Positions 1 through 64,000 of a DNA stretch of 64,000 bases are shown here, one piece after another. Within the stretch, counting starts at the first letter, position 1; each line of letters opens with the position of its first letter. The DNA comes from Eledone cirrhosa (Eukaryota). The stretch covers positions 40,300,001 through 40,364,000 of the forward strand of contig OZ024747.1 in NCBI GenBank assembly GCA_964016885.1, read 5' to 3'. The notes below the pieces were generated by a model, which made no database searches, had not been told where the DNA came from, and saw only the letters and a list, made by a program, of their open reading frames with translations. The translations under genes were made by a program, and so were the position numbers.

Positions 1-599
1 TGTGTGTGTGTGTATGTGTGCATGTATGTATGTAGATGTGCATGTATGTACACGTGTGTGTGTGTGTGTATGTATTTAAGTACGTATGTATGTCTGCATG
101 CATGTGTGTATATATGAATGCATGTATGTATGTGTGTGTAATGACACTGACTCATTCATACAACATATATCTTTGTCTAATTTGGTAGATGGAGAATGGA
201 AAATAATTAATCAAACATTTTTTTTCAGCATATTGTTTTCTTTTTTTCACTCATTCTTGTAACATGAAAACCAACGGCATACTTCCCACACAAAGGATAG
301 CACTCAATTAACCTACTAATTGCAATCCTTGTAATGACACCTCAACCTTTATGTCATAAAATTTTGTTCATTCCCCACCTAGTTGTATTATGGAATAAGA
401 GGAACTTCTTCAGAAATACCAGTCCTAATGAAGTGTGCTACTCGAGTACTTTCAAACAGATCACAAATAATCTCTTAGGGTATGTAAATATGAAGAACTG
501 CTTGTCTACTTGTCTAATGTAACCAGAGAATGTTATGAAGTTGCTGAGGTAGGTATTGCTGGTGCTGCATAATATTTTGGTAGACTATAATAACAGTGT

Positions 600-900
600 C
601 TGATTTAGGCACAAGGCCAACAATTTGGGGGATGGGAAACATTAATTAAACCGATCCCAGTGCATTACTGGTACATTATTCTATTGACCCTTGAAGGATG
701 AAAGGCGAAGTTGAGCATGGCAGGATTTTAACTCAAAGCGGAAAGTACCAGAACAAATATTCTAAAGTATCCAATCTGACGCTCTAAAGATTCTGCGATT
801 CCACAGCTCAAATAATAAAATAATAATAATAATATTGTTTCTACTTTTGGTACTTTATTTTATCAACCCCGTATGGATGAAAGGCTAAGCTAATCTTTGG
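600..900 (-). mobile_element. Meta-type tRNA-derived SINE copies (degenerate)
   Basis: Minus strand carries the GCCTTTCATCCTT..GGGTCRATA..ATAA.GTACCAG block and the ggccttgtgcc end shared by about 10 copies in the window; resembles the MetaSINE central domain. Confidence 0.6.
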
Positions 901-1217
901 GACGAATAAGGATTTCATTTAATTGCCACAAAGGCTCTGGAAGAAAAAGACATTACCAGAACAGGTTTCATAGAGTATGGGAATTTACATGGAAATCAAT
1001 TAAATGGAAAACATATATATAATAGTGGGGGATGGCATCTTTTTCTATCTTTAAGGGTCTTCAACCTATTTTATAGATGATTTTATAGCATACATGGGCA
1101 CACCACTCTTTATATATATAATTTTACCCCAGGATGAAAATGTAATGTAACCAGAAAAGTAAGTTTATAAAAAAGTAATTTAAAAAATTAAGGTATAGAG
1201 AATATCTAAAACTGAAA

Positions 1218-1560
1218 TCATCATCATCATCATTTTACGTCCATTCTTCCACACTAGCATGGGTTAGACAAGTTGTCCTGTTGTAGGTAATGCCAGGTCA
1301 GGTGACCATGTCTTGCTCATACAGAACTGATTTTGGTTTGATTTCTACAGCTGGATGCCCTTCGTAACACCAACCTCATTTACAGTGAGAACTGGGTGCT
1401 TTTTATAGTGACACCTACGCAACCACTTTACAGTGTAGACTGGGTACTGTTTTGTCGTGACACCTACACAACCACTTTACAGTGGGAGGGGGTGGGGCAT
1501 ACTGTCTATACGCTTCAGCTTTGGTTTGTATCCATGGGAAGTCGGGTCTTCTGTATTACT
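1218..1560 (-). mobile_element. RTE LINE 3' UTR fragment with (GAT)n tail
   Basis: Similar to the 3' UTR at 54593-54902. Confidence 0.75.
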
Positions 1561-1647
1561 GATGAAATTTGTTACTTCAAGTATTTGGACATCAGACAGA
1601 ATACATTGAGTTTTTGACAAACATACACCATGCTTGTATATATATAT

Positions 1648-2030
1648 CATCATCACTGTTTAATGTCTATTTTGTATGCTTACATGGGTTAGAAGGGTTG
1701 TCACATTCTGAGGCTAGACCAGTCAGATGACCATGTCATGTTTATACTTTTCATATTTGGCTTGGTTTCTAAGGCTGGATGCCCTTCCTAATGCCAACAT
1801 AACTAAAGCATGCACCTGGAACATTTTATTGTGGCACAGCACTACCACCTTACAAGATGGACAGGGTGCTTTTTTTGAGACACCAGCACTAATATGTTAT
1901 AGTGTGGACTAGGTGTTTTTTGTTGTGGCAACAGCACTACAACTTTATGTGCTTTTTACTGTGGCACCAGCATTACCACTTCACAGAGTGGCCTCAGTGT
2001 ATTTTATTGTGGTACAAGCACTGCCTCATT
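1648..2030 (-). mobile_element. RTE-tail retroposon with degenerate internal ~45-bp repeats
   Basis: catcatcac tail, ggatgcccttcctaa motif and several gtggcaccagcactacc units. Confidence 0.6.
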
Positions 2031-2429
2031 ACCAAGGAATCAACACTCACCCTAATATCATAATAACATTTTTCAGCTTCCTATGACATGTACATAATTT
2101 GGGACTGTATTTACTGCTAATTTATGATTGGTGTGTTCTTACTAGGAAAGAACACATCAATCATTTGTTTTTGTTTTGGACCGTTTCCATTTCATATTTG
2201 AAAAGTGGTAATAACCCTGAAACATCATGTTGGAATATATTGGCTAAAACATTACTTTGTTACTTTAAATTTATTTTTTTTCCTTAAGAAATACTGAAAC
2301 AAAAGTAATTCTGATAAGAATGTGTCCTGAGAAAGATAACATTTTTTGTTTTGCAATTTGATGATCTTATGAAAATATACTTTGCTTCACACATAGCTGA
2401 ATGGTTAAGAATTAAGAATTTCCCTTCAT

Positions 2430-2663
2430 AAAGCACCCAGCCCAAACTGTAAATCGGTCATGTAGGTGTCACGGCAAAAAGCAGCCAGTACACACTGTAA
2501 ATGTGGTTGGCATTAGGAAGGGCATCCAGCCATAGAAACCAAGCCAGAAACAGTTCTATATGAGTAAGACATGGTCACCTGACCGAACTTACCTCAAATG
2601 GGACGACTCATCTAACCTATGCTAGCATGGAAAATGGATGTTAAACGATGATGATGATGATGA
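2430..2663 (+). mobile_element. RTE 3' UTR fragment
   Basis: ggcattaggaagggcatccagcc ... ctaacctatgctagcatggaaaatggatgttaaac(gat)n. Confidence 0.7.
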
Positions 2664-2946
2664 ATCATTAGGTCCTGGATTTGATCCTACTTCATGGCAT
2701 GTTGGACAAGTGTCATTTGTCATAATCTAGGGCAGGCATGGGTAACCTTTCTTTAGCAATGGGCAGCATAATATGAGGCTCATCATAAGGCGTATTCCTT
2801 TTGATTCTACCATAGTGGCTATACAAAATGAAAAGACCACTGTAAATCTAGAGGAGTAAGATGTTTTCTACTTCTATAAGGATGTGTATGCAATGATTAA
2901 TTTGGATGAATAAGCAGATATGAAGATGAAAAGAATCACAAAACAC

Positions 2947-60074
<57,128 letters not shown>

Positions 60075-61589
60075 CTGAAAGATTAGAAAAAATATGCCAC
60101 AATTAAAAATCAATTTCCTGTTAAAAATATATAAGGCGTGTGGCCTTGGGGTAAGGGTGTTGAACTTACAATCATAATGTCATGGGCTCGATTCCTGGAA
60201 TGGGTTGTGTTGTGTTGTGTTCTTAAGCAAAACAATTCATTTTGCATTGCTCCAGTATACACAGCTGAAAATGAGTAGCAGCAATAGTACCACCTTGCGA
60301 TGGCATGGCGTCCTGTCCAGGAGGATGTCTTGTACTCTCAGACATTTGGATAAACACCAGCTCAATGAGCCTCTAGGTCCAAAACAGACTTTTGACATTT
60401 TTTTTAAGAATATAAAATCAATATAGAGTGATAGATTAGCAAACTTGGTAGAGTTTCAGATAAAATTCTATTGAAGCATTTTTTCTTGTCCTTATATTCT
60501 CAGTTCAAATCCTGCCATGGTCAACTTTGATTTTCATCCTTCTAGAGTCAATAAAATAAACTACCAGTCAAATAATGGGATTGATTTAATCAACTTTGCT
60601 CTCTTTCCCGAAATTTGCTGGCCTTGTGCTTAAATTAGAAATCAGTATGCTTAAATTAGAAGTCACAATAATATTGATTTGTTGCATTAGCACAAAGTCA
60701 TGTATTTTGATGGAAGAAGCAATTTAAATAACCCAACTATAGTGAAAGAGCATGGCTTAATGGCTAGGGTGCTTGATGTACAATTGTAACGTAGACAATT
60801 AGATTCATGAACAAGGTTGAGTGTTGTCTTCTTAAGCAAAACACTTTGTTTACCCGTTACTCCAGTACACTCAGATGAGAGTGAGTACCACCAGTTGCTA
60901 GGGAGTGAATCCTCTGATAGACGAGTATTCTACCTAGGGAGAGTCTTGTAGTCTCGCTCACTTAACACCTAAAAAACCAGAAATATGCACCAGCCTGATG
61001 AACCTTTAGCTTAGAACAGACTTTAACTAGCTAACTTGACTACATGATAGTTGCTTATTTTATCAACAACAGCAAGTTGAAAAGCTGTGCTGACTCCTGC
61101 AAAATTTGAACATAGAATATAATGAGACATGAATATAACTATGCATTTTATCTGATGCTCTAGTAACTCAACAGAATACTTTAAAATCTATTGCTGTAAA
61201 TTATACATAGATAATGATCAAATCTGACAGAACTCACACAAAGTCATTACAGACATTCTTTTCTTTAAGTTCTACCCTTTCAAGAATAGATAATAATTTG
61301 TTCTTACACTTATCAAATTAAACAAAATTTGGTGGCTGAGTGCTGCTAACAACACTACATCAATGGCAGATTAAATAAAAAATGAAAGATGCCAGGCTTT
61401 ATAGTGCCAGATTTAAGAGCTCCAGCTTGTCCAATAAAATTAAGTAGACTAAAAAAAATTGGCCCCATTCTATTTTTGTCTACATTATTCATCTTTTAAC
61501 AAAAACTGATGAAACTGATGAAACACACTTAGGTTAAGCCATTAATAATGACATATTAAACATTCATTATCTTTTGATGTTTCTGATCA

Positions 61590-61800
61590 GAATTAGAACA
61601 CATGTTCCAAGTGATACCCATTTTAATCCATGCATTTTTTTAGGTGCATGATGAAGTTTCACATAACATCTTTACAAACAGATCTAGGGATGGCTTTGAT
61701 CTCCTCCCTGATGTTTTCTTTTAGTTCAGTGATGGTCCTAGCTTTGTTGACATACACCCTATCCTTCAAATAGCCCCAAAGCAAGTAATCGGGGGAGGGG
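61590..61800 (-). mobile_element. Tc1/mariner-superfamily transposase C-terminal remnant
   Basis: PPDYLLWGYLKDRVYVNKARTITELKENIREEIKAIP...NGYHLEHV. Confidence 0.75.
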
Positions 61801-62359
61801 GCGAATTCTTGTCTTTTCAGACATTGTATCTGCCATGTCTTGAAATTTTAGGTTGATCAGTTAAAAAATGGATATACTCTCGGACAAAACATACATAGAC
61901 ACCAGTTCCTTTTGAGTGACCTTTAATGAGTGTTTATATACATATATATATGTATATATAAATTAAACAGATAACATGAGTGGAATAGTAGCATCACAAC
62001 TAATAATTAAGGATAAAATGAAGACATACAGACACACACAAAAACCAAACTAACAAAACAAATCAGACACAGACAGATAGAACAAACAACCAGCAAGTGA
62101 CAAATAAATAAACACATAAATAAATAAATAAAACACACACACACACACACACCTGGGTGTAACGCATGCGCAAACTCATAACACAACACACAAAAACAAG
62201 GAGAGACACAAAATAAAAACCTAGTCACTGAGGAGGTCAGAGAATGTGTGATGAAAGAGCTTTGACAATATATAAACAACCTTCCAGTTATCGAACCAGC
62301 CAACCAACTAGAAACTTATAATAAATTGAAGTGTAAACTAACAGGTGCGTGTGTTTTTA

Positions 62360-62495
62360 TTGGCAGCAGGATATATAGCTCTCTTAGATAGACACTTTCC
62401 TATAGGTCACAAATACCGCTCCATCTTTAACAGACGCAGAGTGAAACTAGGATACTCCTGTGCTAAGAATATGAAGGCCCACATCACCAACAGCC
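62360..62495 (+). mobile_element. Penelope-like RT thumb/linker fragment
   Basis: LLDRHFPIGHKYRSIFNRRRVKLGYSCAKNMKAHI, the typical segment upstream of the PLE GIY-YIG domain. Confidence 0.7.
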
Positions 62496-63290
62496 CTAAG
62501 AGTCTCTTGTCTACAACTAATCTAAGCTTAATTATTCTATTAGTAACTCTAACTACCTCTATTGTCTTATTGATCCATCTCTCAGCCAGTAATATACCCA
62601 CCCTATCACACCCATCATCATTACCCACCCAGAAAAGCTTATAACTACGATGTTTGCCTGCGATTAGTCTTGCAGAGGCAGCTCTCCATCTCACCTCTTT
62701 CACACAGCACACATCCACATGCCTTCTCTCCAGCATCTCCACTATCTCACCAGATCTACCTGTTAGAGTGCCAACATTAAGTGTGGCAACTCTGAGATGC
62801 GACGTCTTCTTCTTTTTCCTGTTGTGCGATTGCTTGATAACGGTCGGGGAGGGGGTCTCACACATGGCCTCACTAGCCAGAACACTACCGTGCACAGCCC
62901 TAACATAGTTAGTGTTATTGCTGTTAACGCAGTTGTTGCAAATCTCATTGTTGTGCTCATAGTTTTTGGCAGTAGTATATATACTGGTTGGATGCCCTTC
63001 CTAACACCAGCACCCCTTTACAGCATGGACTAGGTGATTTTATTCGTGCCACCAGCACTAGAGAAGTTGTCTTACTGGACTCAGGGGCCCTCTCTACCAC
63101 TCCATTTTACAGCATGGACTGGGTGCTTTTATTCATGCCACCAGCACTAGGGAAGTTGTCTTACTGGACTTAGGGGACTTCTCTACCCCGCACCAATTTA
63201 TTTGGAGTGGTAGCTCTCCTAGACAGGTTGCCCACACTATGGCTTACGGAGCGTCCGTCTGCCCCTTGTCTGTTCTATGATATATTCATG
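62496..63290 (-). mobile_element. RTE LINE family B 5' end (probable 5' UTR + start of APE endonuclease)
   Basis: LRVATLNVGTLTGRSGEIVEMLERRHVDVCCVKEVRW...LAERWINKTIEVVRV, overlapping 27451..27873; upstream region has two ~90-bp repeats and the ggtgttaggaagggcatcc motif. Confidence 0.8.
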
Positions 63291-63447
63291 AGGGAGTGGT
63301 TATCATACAGCGTCGGGCATGTATACCGAATGTGGTGGGGTGCTTAGTGAGAAGAAAAATGGCTATACGTACAAATTTATATGCAAAACAATCAACACCG
63401 TTTATATCACATACAAACCACATACATATATATATATATATTTTCTT

Positions 63448-63518
<71 letters not shown>

Positions 63519-64000
63519 TATATACACACACACAGTGAATGCGTGTGGCTGAGTGGTTAGAGAATTGTATTTGCAATTGTGAGGGTGTGAGTTTGATCCC
63601 TGGACTGAGCGATGCATTATGTCCTTGAGCAAGATCTGGAGTTGCAACCGATAGGTAGTATTATCAATTGGAAAGCCCAATGGAAACATTGATTCCTTGG
63701 TTCGATTTGACGAAAGTCGATCGACTGTCGATATATATAAATATATACACATATATATATGTTGTGCGGGAGAGAGAGTATACATTATAAAATATTGCTG
63801 GTGCCATGGTAAAATGCACTATGTAATGTGATTGATATTAATTAAGAAGACCATCCAGTTAACAGAGATCTTGGAGATATTTCAAGGCAAATTTAATCAT
63901 AAAAATCTGGTTGATAAACTGTATTTTTAAGCAGACACAACTACCCACTTCACTGCTATCAAAATGTAACAGAGCCATTTGCTATCAGCAGAATCATTGA

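Noticed and set aside
60075-64000. Further dynein exons upstream (and downstream in 1-2946)
   Set aside because: No dynein-like peptide with splice sites found by eye; adjacent exons probably lie outside the window

Overview
Eukaryotic, AT-rich, repeat-dense genomic DNA. The SINE, RTE and microsatellite landscape suggests an octopus or other coleoid cephalopod (inference). The window lies inside one minus-strand axonemal outer-arm dynein heavy chain gene (DNAH5/DNAH8-like). I traced 16 GT-AG exons by hand (60074 down to 2947, 2401 nt, phases consistent, no stops), covering AAA3 (GEQGTAKT), AAA4 (GVGGSGKQS) and the start of the stalk; both gene ends lie outside the window. The introns are filled with mobile DNA: three related RTE LINE families with (GAT)n tails, other RTE, CR1, CRE and L1/Tx1 remnants, CORE- and Meta-type tRNA SINEs, Penelope-like elements, a Helitron deletion derivative, a DD37D maT element, other mariner remnants, TTAA MITEs and large (TA)n and GA-rich satellites. 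The most notable observations are: a PHD-type C4HC3 finger inside the RT domain of the RTE LINEs; modular tail sharing and swapping among LINEs and SINEs; hammerhead-ribozyme remnants, one folded into a near-perfect palindrome; a Helitron that keeps a spliced STPR-repeat RepHel N-terminus; and several intronic fold-back hairpins. No prokaryotic features are supported. No database search was run, so novelty is unverified.
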